Shown: piece after piece, positions 1 to 9,507 of the stretch | Position numbering within the stretch: position 1 is the first letter of the stretch | How the letters are laid out: each line of letters opens with the position of its first letter | Assembly: GCA_048941285.1 (NCBI GenBank) | Contig: JBHLNS010000041.1 | Location: forward strand, 1 to 29,064 | Direction of reading: 5' to 3' | Length of the DNA stretch: 29,064 nucleotides | Source: Promethearchaeota archaeon | Lineage (GTDB): Archaea; Asgardarchaeota; Lokiarchaeia; Sigyniarchaeales; SOKP01 | Made by a program: the position numbers and the translations under genes | Notes under the pieces: model-generated | The model's input: only the letters and a program-made list of their open reading frames with translations | Database searches by the model: none | Told to the model about the DNA's origin: nothing

Positions 1-529
1 TGAGAGCATCATCGGCATTGATTTCTGAGCCTAAATACATTAACTGTTTTGCTCTTCCCTCTCCAATAATTCTTGGTAAAAGCTGTGTAGAAGCATTTGA
101 GAAGAATAAACCTACTCCTAGTTCTGGGAGCATTATACGAGTGTTACTAGCAGCAATTCTTAAGTCACAAAATAATAATTGCTCAAATCCCCCGCCTATA
201 ACCCAACCATGAAGACCAACAATTATAATACCCGGATGGATCATCATACTTCTTGTTAAATTTTGGAATGATTCTAAAAATTCTACAGCCTCACTCATGC
301 GAGTTTTATCAGTAAGAAGATTATATCCATATTTTAAATCAGCACCGACTGTAAAATCTTTCCCGTTTGCTTTATAAATAACACAAATATCATTATTCTC
401 AGCACTCTTATTAAAAGCGTCAATTAACTTTTTAAGAGTCTCTAAATCTATTGCGTTTCTTTTTTCTGGATTATTTAAAGTAATTTTTCCAATATCCCCT
501 TCTTTTTCATATGTTACAATATCTTCCAT
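1..529 (-). CDS. Enoyl-CoA hydratase/isomerase (crotonase) family protein, 3'-truncated by window edge
   Basis: Not in ORF track. Manual translation from ATG at 529: MEDIVTYEKEGDIGKITLNNPEKRNAIDLETL...DFTVGADL...GLHGWVIGGGFEQLLFCDLRIAA...IMLPELGVG. Crotonase motifs present (F-x-x-G-x-D-L, GGG-x-E, PE-x-x-x-G). GAGGT RBS-like site upstream. Confidence 0.93.
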   Translation of the reverse strand, partial: MEDIVTYEKEGDIGKITLNNPEKRNAIDLETLKKLIDAFNKSAENNDICVIYKANGKDFTVGADLKYGYNLLTDKTRMSEAVEFLESFQNLTRSMMIHPGIIIVGLHGWVIGGGFEQLLFCDLRIAASNTRIMLPELGVGLFFSNASTQLLPRIIGEGRAKQLMYLGSEINADDAL

Positions 530-574
530 ATTAAAACCTCAATTTACGAATATATAAAATTCTAATAATACAAT

Positions 575-1477
575 TTAAATCAAAATATAACCATTTCCTT
601 TTTGTTCAATATTCTTATTTTTTATGAATTTATCGATATGTTTTTGTATCATTATCATTTCAGCGATAATTTCATATTCCTTGAACTGACTATAATATTT
701 ATAAATAAGATTTCTTTCTTTTAAATCTAATATGCTTTTCGGAATACTTTCAGAGAAATGGGATAAAATTCGTTCATCTCGTTTACAAATTATATTTTTA
801 TATTTAATCAATTCCTCTTTTATTATTTTTTCACCTTCTATTACTCCTCTATGACCTGTAACAGCTGTTCTTATATTAAGTGTATTTAATTTTTCAATTG
901 ATTCCTCAAAATCCATTAAATTTGAATCAATTCCTGCATAAAAAATGAAGTTGGTTAAATCGATATCAGCTAAAAATGCAATTCTGGAGTTTAATTCTAA
1001 AAAAACACAATGACCAGCTGTATGACCTGGTGTATGGATAACTTTGACATTGAAATCGTTTCCAACCTTAATCATTTGATTATCCTCCAGATGATTTTCG
1101 ATCTTCGTATTTTCAAGTTTTAATCCTTCCATAAGCCATTCAAATTCTTCTTCTGCTGATAAATTATTGATTCCATAAAATTCACTAAATTTATTGACAT
1201 TTTCAATCAAAAATTTATCTTTTAAATGTATATAGAATTTAGCATTTGGTAATAATCTATTACCTGATGTATGATCTTCATGCCAATGAGAAATTAATAC
1301 ATTATTTATTGGGTAAAGTCTTTTAAGTTTTCTTAAAAGTCTACTGGAAATACCTGTATCTATTAAATAATCTCCTATTAATAGTGAATGCGAATATGGA
1401 TATTTACCATCTCTCGCTCCCCTTATAAAAACTAAATCTTTATAATCTTCTGAAATAGGTTGTATAAAATCATTCAT
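575..1477 (-). CDS. Metallo-beta-lactamase fold hydrolase
   Basis: IDTG, HWHEDH (HxHxDH), HTPGHT, a downstream Asp and TGHRG motifs; co-oriented upstream of the crotonase. Confidence 0.9.
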   Translation of the reverse strand: MNDFIQPISEDYKDLVFIRGARDGKYPYSHSLLIGDYLIDTGISSRLLRKLKRLYPINNVLISHWHEDHTSGNRLLPNAKFYIHLKDKFLIENVNKFSEFYGINNLSAEEEFEWLMEGLKLENTKIENHLEDNQMIKVGNDFNVKVIHTPGHTAGHCVFLELNSRIAFLADIDLTNFIFYAGIDSNLMDFEESIEKLNTLNIRTAVTGHRGVIEGEKIIKEELIKYKNIICKRDERILSHFSESIPKSILDLKERNLIYKYYSQFKEYEIIAEMIMIQKHIDKFIKNKNIEQKGNGYILI

Positions 1478-1566
1478 TACAATCTAAATAAAATTATAGT
1501 ACTTTTTAATGATTTTTAAAAACTTTAAAATAAGATAATAATAATTTGAATCGAAGGGTTTAAAAA

Positions 1567-1731
1567 ATGTATTATTATTGTCCTAAATGTGCTTCAATGA
1601 AAATACCAAAAGTCTTAAATTATTTTCCCCCTAAAACAGTAAAATGTTTTAATTGCGGTTATATTAATGCAGAAATTAAATTTATAAAAGAACACCAGCA
1701 AAAATCTCTTCCACTTAATTATTCTCATTGA
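1567..1731 (+). CDS. Small zinc-ribbon protein (54 aa)
   Basis: Not in ORF track. MYYYCPKCASMKIPKVLNYFPPKTVKCFNCGYINAEIKFIKEHQQKSLPLNYSH*; two CxxC pairs (CPKC, CFNCG); fills the intergenic gap. Confidence 0.7.
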   Translation: MYYYCPKCASMKIPKVLNYFPPKTVKCFNCGYINAEIKFIKEHQQKSLPLNYSH

Positions 1732-1824
1732 AGCCCTTCTATTTTATTTTTTTTAAATATTCCTCCAAAAATTTTATTCTAACAGTTTTAAATAGGATAT
1801 AATTAAAAAAAAGGTATATTTTTA

Positions 1825-2001
1825 TTATTTTAATGCATAATAACAACGTTTGGGCGAAAAAACTTTTCCTTCTTCACGTAATTCTTTTATAATTTTCGAT
1901 ACTTCCTTAGATTCTATACCTGTTTGTTCTGCTATTTCACCAGGGCGCAATGGCTTTTCATTACTTTTAAAAGCACTTATAACTTTATCTTTAGATGACA
2001 T
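1825..2001 (-). CDS. Small winged-helix (HTH) protein (58 aa)
   Basis: Not in ORF track. MSSKDKVISAFKSNEKPLRPGEIAEQTGIESKEVSKIIKELREEGKVFSPKRCYYALK*; wHTH pattern (EIAEQTG, V-x-x-x-I-x-x-L-x-x-x-G-x-V) ending in SPKRCYY, as in small MarR-like proteins of anaerobes. Confidence 0.82.
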   Translation of the reverse strand: MSSKDKVISAFKSNEKPLRPGEIAEQTGIESKEVSKIIKELREEGKVFSPKRCYYALK

Positions 2002-2081
2002 AATACATCACTGATAAAAATAAGAATTAGCAATTAAAATAGTTATCAATTATAGAAAAATCAAACTTATAGAGATTATTT

Positions 2082-3557
2082 CTAATAACTCTTTGCTATA
2101 TATACCGTACAACCAGCAGGCTTTCCACAAATTAAGCATGTGGCGAATTCATGTTTTTCTTCATCAACTCTTTTACCACGAACAAATCCACCGATTTCTT
2201 TTTCAACAACTTCGGCACAATGATATGCATCCATATCAATTGAGCAAAAACCACAACAAACTATTTTTCCATTGTTGATCGCTTCGAATGCTGCATCTAT
2301 TTCATAAACACACTCAATTTGAGACTCAAAATCAATTAAAGATTTCTCCTTAATTTCATTAGTGTAATTCTGAGCAATTTCTTCGATTTTATCTGTTAAT
2401 TTTTCTTCCTTTATCTGGAACTTCTTGCCATCATGTCTCTTTACTATAATTACTTGATGCTTTTCAATATCTTTTGGCCCAATTTCTATTCTAATAGGTA
2501 CGCCCTTCAGTTCCCAATGATAATATTTATTCCCAACTGATTCGTCAGAATCATCAATTTTAATTGTATATTTATTTCTGAACAGGTTATATATTTCATT
2601 TGCCTTATCTAGTACTAATTTTTCTTTTCCTTTATAAAATATAGGGATGATAATAATCTGAATTGGCGCTAAATCAAATGGTAAGACTAACCCTTTATCA
2701 TCGCCCAAATATGCAATCATCGCACCATAGTTCCTACTCTGAGCAGGACCATAACAAGTCTGATAACCATATTCCTCTTTTCCATCCTTATCTACAAATT
2801 TAACTTCAAATGGTTTTGAAAATATTTGACCTAATAAGTGTGTGGAAGGTAGTTGTAATACTTTTCCAGATCCCATTAACGCATCAGCAGCATAAGTATG
2901 AATGGCTCCCGGAAATTTATCCCATTCTGGTCTTTGGAAAAAAATAATAGGAATACAGCATTCGTCTTGAAGAATTTGATAGGTTGTTTCCATATCCTCC
3001 TTAACTTGTTTCATTGCATCTTCCATTGTAGCAAATACATTATGTGATTCGATCCAATGAAATTCTCTAGCTCTAAAGAATGGCCTTGTCATTTTTCCTT
3101 CATATCTCCATACTTGACAGGATAAATATCTTTTAAATGGTAGATCCTTATAACTTCTTATCCATAGGGCATACATTGGATAAAGAGCAGTTTCACTTGT
3201 AGGGCGCAATGCTAAGCGTTCCGATAATTTACCAGAACTCCCCGCTTCTGTAACCCAAAATACTTCAGCAGCAAAACCCTCAACATGTTGAGTTTCTAAT
3301 AAAAGATTTGATTCAGGAATAAGAGAAGGCATTGTTAGTGGGAGATGACCCTTTTTATCTAGCAAATCTTCAGTCTTTTTATACATTTTTCTAATCGTCA
3401 TTGTTGCCCATTCTCTGTATACAATAAAACCCTTAATATTATATCTAATGTCAGCTAACTCTGCTTTGTTGATTAATTCCGTGTACCAACCAGAAAAATC
3501 TTCTTCTTTTGACACGGTAATTCCTGTTATGGGTGCTTCTTTCTTCTTTTTAGCCAT
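2082..3557 (-). CDS. proS: Proline--tRNA ligase (archaeal/eukaryotic type)
   Basis: DFSGWY, LALRPTSET, WIRSYKDLP, WRYE...PFFRAREFHWIESH, WELKGVPIRIEIGPKD; C-terminal CxxC and terminal AKSY. Confidence 0.98.
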   Translation of the reverse strand: MAKKKKEAPITGITVSKEEDFSGWYTELINKAELADIRYNIKGFIVYREWATMTIRKMYKKTEDLLDKKGHLPLTMPSLIPESNLLLETQHVEGFAAEVFWVTEAGSSGKLSERLALRPTSETALYPMYALWIRSYKDLPFKRYLSCQVWRYEGKMTRPFFRAREFHWIESHNVFATMEDAMKQVKEDMETTYQILQDECCIPIIFFQRPEWDKFPGAIHTYAADALMGSGKVLQLPSTHLLGQIFSKPFEVKFVDKDGKEEYGYQTCYGPAQSRNYGAMIAYLGDDKGLVLPFDLAPIQIIIIPIFYKGKEKLVLDKANEIYNLFRNKYTIKIDDSDESVGNKYYHWELKGVPIRIEIGPKDIEKHQVIIVKRHDGKKFQIKEEKLTDKIEEIAQNYTNEIKEKSLIDFESQIECVYEIDAAFEAINNGKIVCCGFCSIDMDAYHCAEVVEKEIGGFVRGKRVDEEKHEFATCLICGKPAGCTVYIAKSY

Positions 3558-3655
3558 AGAAAATCATCAAAATAAATAATTCAAACGTTAAATATTTTAT
3601 GGGGAGGTAAATAATTAAGTTTTGCGGATATATTTTAAATAAAAATAAATTTTGG

Positions 3656-4396
3656 TCAATCTGGAAGTAGTTTAGCATCTGTAATGATTGTATCATTCTT
3701 AAGCAGACACTTATATTTTTTGCCCTCTAAAAAATTCATTATTTCTCCACCAATTTTATTCAATTCAATAAAATTAGAAGGTTCTTCACTATCAAAAATA
3801 ATTAAGGATTGGGCAGTCTCCAATTCTTCCTTGCTCAGCTCATCGGCGACTCTGATGTTAATAGACTTAGCACCTGCTAATCTGGCAATTTTCTTTATTT
3901 CTTCCTCTAAAGAACCAAAAGTAAAATAGTGCCTAATTTTACCCTCAATTTTTTCAATGAGAATTTTCTCTAATGCATCTCTTGAATTTTGGTCATAGAA
4001 AGCAGTTAATTCTTTGGTACTGATATTTTTATACTTTCCCGAAATTAGGTTATCTTTATCATTTATAAATTCTATTAAATTATCATAATACTCTTGATCG
4101 ATCTTCTGAAAATTTTCAATATTTTTAACTAAATCCGTCAATTTAAAGATTAAATCATAATAAAAAGTTAAAGTTGATTTAATCTCGAGTTTATCCTTCA
4201 TTTCTTTTATCTCAGGATAGTATTTCTTTAGAATAATATTGATATTATGGTTAAATTCAGCACATAGCTTAGCGACTTCATTAATATTTTTTACAGATTT
4301 TTTGCTTAGCTCATTTAGTAAAGAATTATCTAAGATCGATAAATTGTCAAATATTTCTTTGATGTTATTATAATATTTTTTCTCTATATAGCTCAT
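3656..4396 (-). CDS. Hypothetical protein (helical N-terminus, small alpha/beta C-terminus)
   Basis: 246-aa ORF, co-oriented with neighbours, no recognised motif. Confidence 0.7.
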   Translation of the reverse strand: MSYIEKKYYNNIKEIFDNLSILDNSLLNELSKKSVKNINEVAKLCAEFNHNINIILKKYYPEIKEMKDKLEIKSTLTFYYDLIFKLTDLVKNIENFQKIDQEYYDNLIEFINDKDNLISGKYKNISTKELTAFYDQNSRDALEKILIEKIEGKIRHYFTFGSLEEEIKKIARLAGAKSINIRVADELSKEELETAQSLIIFDSEEPSNFIELNKIGGEIMNFLEGKKYKCLLKNDTIITDAKLLPD

Positions 4397-4522
4397 ACCC
4401 TAATTAAAAAGATAAAAATTCATCTATATAATCTTATTTTAAAGTAAAAGAGTAAATCTCATTTTTCTAAAAAATTAAAAATATAAAAAAAAAGATACAA
4501 TTACGTATCTAATCTTTATTTA

Positions 4523-5737
4523 TTATAATCCTAAGAATATTTTTACTGTGGTCATAACAGCCCCGCTAATTATTGGAACTGTAAAATTATCATTTATCCC
4601 TATAGGTAGTAACTCGATTAACGGAGCTGCGATCCCTCCCGAAATAAGCAATAGTAGATGAATATCTAATGATGTATTTAGAATATATCCTAGAATAATA
4701 ACAGCCCCAATATAGGCTAAAGTCCCTTCAAGTGTTTTTTCAAATATCTTGTGACGCCCATATGCTAATCCAAATATTTTTGCAAACATGTCTCCAAAGA
4801 CAAGAAAAGATAAAGCAGTTATTGCAATCTCAATCTGAAACTGTGTAAAAAAAAGCACTGTTAAAAATGTAGACATAAGAAAAAGAGTCATTGTCGAAAA
4901 TCTTTTCTCCTCACCTTTTCTAAAAATTGCTTTAATTTTTTCTGTTAACAATACATTTGTTCGTTTGTGAAGAAATCGAAAGATATCCAGCGAAATAAAA
5001 CATAGACACACAATTCCTATAACATAAAGACCAAGTTGAACGTCAATTAAAACAAATATTAGAAATAATAACGATACTGGTCTTATTGCTACTCTCCACC
5101 AGCTTGAAATGAAAGTTTTATCTGTAATTACTAGCTTTTTTTCTGTGATTACTTTGTACATCCCAACAGCAGCTATATGAATAAGAAGCAATACAAAAAA
5201 TAGATTAAATCCACTTGTAGGGTAGATTATAAATACAGAGTATCCAAGTAAAGGAAATAAGATCATCGGTAAAAGGGTTCCCGCTTTAGATATATATGTA
5301 AATATAATAACAAGCACTAGCAATAATAACAAAATGTAAAACAATTCAAAACTAATGTTAAGGTAAGTCACTAGATAAAAAAGAAGTAATCCAGTGGCAG
5401 TGGCTTGCCCTTGACCTCCTCGAAATTTTAAATAAAATGGAAAAACGTGCCCCACTATAGCCATTAATCCACTAATCTGCCAAAAGATAAGATTTGCACC
5501 TAAGCTAAATGCAACTAACATCGCCAATAAACCCTTCAACGTGTCATATAAAGCTGTAAGAATGGCATATGGAAGCCCTAAGACCTTAAATGCATTTGTA
5601 GTTCCTGGGTTTTTTGTTCCTTCCTCTCTTACATCTATTCCTTTCAATTTTCCAAAAAGAAATGCCGGTAATATAGCGCCTAATAGGTAACCAATAATTA
5701 TACTCAAAATACTTAGAAATAACTCAATTAAATCCAT
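4523..5737 (-). CDS. plsY: PlsY-like glycerol-3-phosphate acyltransferase fused to a CTP-dependent lipid kinase-like domain (DGK1/VTE5/SEC59 type)
   Basis: N-half: GYLLGAILPA, DVREEGTKNPGTTNA, DTLKG, GHVFPFYLKFRGGQG. C-half: FGDMFAKIFGLAYGRHK...KTLEGT and IELLPIGINDNFTVP. Many TM helices. Confidence 0.85.
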   Translation of the reverse strand: MDLIELFLSILSIIIGYLLGAILPAFLFGKLKGIDVREEGTKNPGTTNAFKVLGLPYAILTALYDTLKGLLAMLVAFSLGANLIFWQISGLMAIVGHVFPFYLKFRGGQGQATATGLLLFYLVTYLNISFELFYILLLLLVLVIIFTYISKAGTLLPMILFPLLGYSVFIIYPTSGFNLFFVLLLIHIAAVGMYKVITEKKLVITDKTFISSWWRVAIRPVSLLFLIFVLIDVQLGLYVIGIVCLCFISLDIFRFLHKRTNVLLTEKIKAIFRKGEEKRFSTMTLFLMSTFLTVLFFTQFQIEIAITALSFLVFGDMFAKIFGLAYGRHKIFEKTLEGTLAYIGAVIILGYILNTSLDIHLLLLISGGIAAPLIELLPIGINDNFTVPIISGAVMTTVKIFLGL

Positions 5738-6013
5738 TTTTATTCACTATAAATACTAATATTTGAAATTATTTTATATTAGTACTTTTTTATATGTTAA
5801 TTTTTTTTTATTTTGAGTATCAAACAAGTAAAGCGTTATTAGTATAAGTAGTGCTAATGATCTTGAATTCCTTAATAATTCTTCAAGTAAAATGACACTG
5901 TCCTTGGATTGACTATTGAAATATTATGTCAGCCATATGAATATTTGCTAACTTTTTTATACTTAATTTCTATGATTAGATTAGAAACCCACTTATTATT
6001 TTGGTAGTAAAAT

Positions 6014-6340
6014 TTGACAAAAAAAAAATATTTCGAAATTGGTATGCTCTGTTTGATAATTGGATCTTGTTTAGGGGTTATCTTATTGTCATTTAAATTT
6101 GAGCAAAAATATAACTATTTATATGGAGCAGGAGAAATTGAATTTTATACAATTGAGGACGGGATCTATGCTATTATATCCAATGATGGAGCACAATATG
6201 AACCAATAAATTTACCAGATGAATTTAAAGTTGATGGTTTAAAGGTTGAATTCATCCTTAAATTGCCAAATGATGTGACAAGTTATCATTTATGGTTAAG
6301 AATTGTAGAAATTCATTGGATGAAAGAAACAGCTAAATAA
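6014..6340 (+). CDS. Hypothetical protein with N-terminal membrane anchor and small beta-rich domain
   Basis: TTG start; one TM/signal segment then GEIEFYTIEDGIYAII...YEPINLPDEFKVDGLKVEF. Confidence 0.7.
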   Translation: MTKKKYFEIGMLCLIIGSCLGVILLSFKFEQKYNYLYGAGEIEFYTIEDGIYAIISNDGAQYEPINLPDEFKVDGLKVEFILKLPNDVTSYHLWLRIVEIHWMKETAK

Positions 6341-6504
6341 AACTTCATAAATTAGTACCAATTTTTAATTAAGGTAAAAATACTTTTTCTATTACTTAAT
6401 TTGGTATAAATTCATTATTGAATCTAGTTCTCAAAAAGTAAAATAAAAAATTAAAAAAAGAAATAAAAAAAAATTATTCCATTGCTCTGAATTCGAAAAT
6501 CTCT

Positions 6505-7437
6505 TTATTGCAGCTTGCTTTTTATTTGTTTGGAGCGACTTCGTAAAGTCACTTCAGTAACTTTTGCTATTTCAGAGACTTCTGCTTGTGTCTTTCTATG
6601 ATTTCCCGCTTTTGCAGCCATGTAAATAACACTTGCGGCTAATCCTTTTGGATCTTTACCAGTTCGTAATAATCCGTTTTTTGATGCTTCAACTAGCATG
6701 TTAATTGCTTTCTTCTGTGTTTCCATAGGCAAACCGAGATCATTCCCAAATCGGAATACTAATTGTTCAGCAGTAATTGGCTTATATTTTAAATTCAACT
6801 CAGGAAGTACTTCTTTCACAACCATACCTAAAGAACGGTGTACCGTTCTTCTTGGAGTCATAGACGCTTCACATACCTCTTCGAGTAGTCTTGGGAATTC
6901 ATGTACTCTTATTGCAGCATATAACGAAGCTGCAATAAACCCATCAATTGATCTACCCATTGTTAGCTTTTTCTTAGCTACGACTGAATAAATCTTCCAT
7001 GCGGTTTCTTTAATATATTCAGGAATATTCATCTTGCTAGAAAGCATTTTAAGTTTGGGTTTAGCCTCCCAAAAATTGCGTTCAATGCTTGAAATCAATG
7101 AATTTTGAATTTTTGATAATCTTGAGAATAATGTCTTCCCTCTGGCATTTATTAATCTTCCCTTTGAATCAACTTTAGATGCTGGAAGCATAGTACGCGG
7201 GCCGAATTCTCTCCAACGAGGCTCAGTTCTCCTCCGTTTATTTACTTCTTCAACAGTGTAAGCTCTTCGTTCATTTCCTACTAAATTGCGTTCAATGACC
7301 ATACCACAATTTAAGCATACATTATCTCCATCCCGCGATTCAATGCAAGGATTACCACAACATTGAGCATCTGGACTACAGCTTAGTTCACTCTCTGAAC
7401 CAGTTTTTGTTGAACGTAATCTATCTCTATAGCTCAT
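6505..7437 (-). CDS. tfb: Transcription initiation factor IIB (TFB)
   Basis: N-terminal Zn ribbon (VCLNCGMVI), B-reader-like region, two cyclin repeats (GRSI...AASLYAAIR; GKDPKGLAASVIY; TQAEVSEIAKVTEVTLRSR). Confidence 0.97.
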   Translation of the reverse strand: MSYRDRLRSTKTGSESELSCSPDAQCCGNPCIESRDGDNVCLNCGMVIERNLVGNERRAYTVEEVNKRRRTEPRWREFGPRTMLPASKVDSKGRLINARGKTLFSRLSKIQNSLISSIERNFWEAKPKLKMLSSKMNIPEYIKETAWKIYSVVAKKKLTMGRSIDGFIAASLYAAIRVHEFPRLLEEVCEASMTPRRTVHRSLGMVVKEVLPELNLKYKPITAEQLVFRFGNDLGLPMETQKKAINMLVEASKNGLLRTGKDPKGLAASVIYMAAKAGNHRKTQAEVSEIAKVTEVTLRSRSKQIKSKLQ

Positions 7438-7501
7438 TTCTGTTCACTTTTAATGCATTATTTTTTTTCCGCTGTGAATATATTCGTCAATATTTGTATT
7501 G

Positions 7502-7545
7502 TTTGTATATATTCTGTGATCGTTATGATCAGTTTTGTATATATT
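7502..7545. promoter_or_regulatory. Candidate operator upstream of tfb: direct repeats flanking an inverted repeat
   Basis: TTTGTATATATT at 7502-7513 and 7534-7545 flank TGATC-N5-GATCA (7517-7531), 65-110 bp upstream of the tfb start. Confidence 0.35.
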
Positions 7546-7776
7546 TATATCTACAATAAATTATAATCTTTATAATTTTGTAAAATGTTTTTTTATTGAC
7601 TATGTCTATTTATGTTTTTTCATTATATAAATATTTAACTCTACAAAAATGTGATATGTCTACGAACAGAGAATACACGGGGATTTTAGTGGGATTTATA
7701 ATTTATAAGAATTTTAGGATTTAAAAACAGCTGAAAAAAGAATAAAAGATTTGATTGAATTTTTACAAAAAGAAGC

Positions 7777-9507
7777 TTAATGGTAGAGATACATAAACCT
7801 CTCCATGTAATACAAGAAAATTTGATTATAATAACCTGTGAAATATATATCGGAAGCATGGCCACCAAAGGGCATCCATAATATAGCACAGTTTTTATTG
7901 GCATTAGCACTATATGTTTTTCGAATATTTTCAGCTATACTAAAGTAGTTGATTATGTCATGAGTACCTTGAAATATAAGGCATGGGGGGCTATCGCTTT
8001 CAATAAGTTTTTCTGGATTTTTAAACTCATCACTTCCACTAATTCCAAAAAAATTCATGAGATCATTTGCTGGATAGAAAGGAATCAATCCTTTTATAGT
8101 CATATTAGCACTGAATATATCCGTATAATTTCCACTCGCAATAGCTAATGCAGCAGCACATGTTAGATGACCTCCGGCTGATCCCCCACTAATGAAAACA
8201 GAATCTAAATTTGCTCCATAAATTTCCGCATTATTAGTAATATAATTCGTAAAAGCCCCTATATGGCGCATCATATCATCAATGTTAAAATTTCCTTTAT
8301 TATAATCCGGAGTTAAAGGATCCAAAGCATATAAAAGATTTTCATCAATCCCATATTGAATATCAAACACCCTATATCCTTGAGCAGCAAAATATTTGTT
8401 CATCTGCAACATGTTCATCAAACCTTTATCACCCGAAACCCAAGCTCCTCCATGGATTCTTATAATTGTAGAATTAAATCCAGGAAGCTTTTCATTATTA
8501 AATAGAGGCAAATAAGCATCAAAATATAATTTTATTCCTTCAGCATCATAGAACAGAATATTTTGTTCAATTCTACAATCTTTAGGAGGATTTCCTAAAA
8601 AATAGCTTGTTAAAGAGAAAGGGGTTTCTAAAAAATAATTATTGACTTCGAGAGGTATTTTTTCTCTCCAATCTGAACCAAATGTACTTGAAAAATTACG
8701 TTCAATATTATTTGTTGTATACTGAGTTAAAGCTAATGGCGCCAATAACAATCCAGATACTAAGAACCCACCTAAAGCCGTTCTATAAAATTTCCTAGAA
8801 TTCCACCTATTATGTTTCAACTTTAAAAGAAGAATTGTATTTGCAAAAAATATTAATGAAAAGAAAAGACCAAATTGACCCGAGACTATTGCTATAAATG
8901 TTGTCACTATCTCAAAGGATCCAAATAAAGTGACAATTCCAAAGATAATTCCTATGATAAAAGTACCCCTTGAAATAATAGTAATAACTTTTTTAGATAT
9001 TTTTTTAGTCCTGATAAATCTCAGAGAAAATTCTTTTTCGTAAGGTTTGGTTTCACTCCTTAATTTTACTATTTTATAAGTTTTAATTCCAATAAGAGCA
9101 TAAATAATTCCTATTATCAATGTCCCAAAATAGAAGAAAGTAATTAAAAAATAGGCTAACAAATTATCAACTATTTTATTTGAATAAGTTACAGAAATCA
9201 GTAAATTGCCTAAAATCATACAGACTATCGCAAGAATAATAAAGATTAAATAGAGATAACTAAAAGAGTTCATTTTACAGCAGAATTTATATCTTCCATC
9301 TTCCTTGTTAGAGTTAATAAAGATAAGAATAAGATTTCCAAAAAATGTCATTAATAGAAGAATTCCAAAGACATCCCATAATATTAAATAAGAAGGATTT
9401 AATAAATAAAAGAGTCCCAAAATAATACAAACTGTATTTAAAATAACTGAAGAGAAACAGGCGATTCTAATAGATGGAATTTTCAACCAATTCTTTGCGA
9501 TCTTCAT
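7777..9507 (-). CDS. Membrane-anchored alpha/beta hydrolase (HSL-like esterase/lipase) with multi-TM N-terminus
   Basis: About 7 hydrophobic helices, then IHGGAW (oxyanion hole), GGSAGGH (GxSxG), GTHD (acid) and GGH (His). Confidence 0.9.
   Translation of the reverse strand: MKIAKNWLKIPSIRIACFSSVILNTVCIILGLFYLLNPSYLILWDVFGILLLMTFFGNLILIFINSNKEDGRYKFCCKMNSFSYLYLIFIILAIVCMILGNLLISVTYSNKIVDNLLAYFLITFFYFGTLIIGIIYALIGIKTYKIVKLRSETKPYEKEFSLRFIRTKKISKKVITIISRGTFIIGIIFGIVTLFGSFEIVTTFIAIVSGQFGLFFSLIFFANTILLLKLKHNRWNSRKFYRTALGGFLVSGLLLAPLALTQYTTNNIERNFSSTFGSDWREKIPLEVNNYFLETPFSLTSYFLGNPPKDCRIEQNILFYDAEGIKLYFDAYLPLFNNEKLPGFNSTIIRIHGGAWVSGDKGLMNMLQMNKYFAAQGYRVFDIQYGIDENLLYALDPLTPDYNKGNFNIDDMMRHIGAFTNYITNNAEIYGANLDSVFISGGSAGGHLTCAAALAIASGNYTDIFSANMTIKGLIPFYPANDLMNFFGISGSDEFKNPEKLIESDSPPCLIFQGTHDIINYFSIAENIRKTYSANANKNCAILWMPFGGHASDIYFTGYYNQIFLYYMERFMYLYH

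Noticed and set aside
18-212. 64-aa plus-strand ORF from the track
   Set aside because: Antisense shadow of the enoyl-CoA hydratase on the minus strand.
5800-5950. Slightly more complex sequence in the plsY/6014 intergenic gap (ncRNA or small ORF?)
   Set aside because: No stable stem-loop, tRNA pattern or ORF with a credible start.
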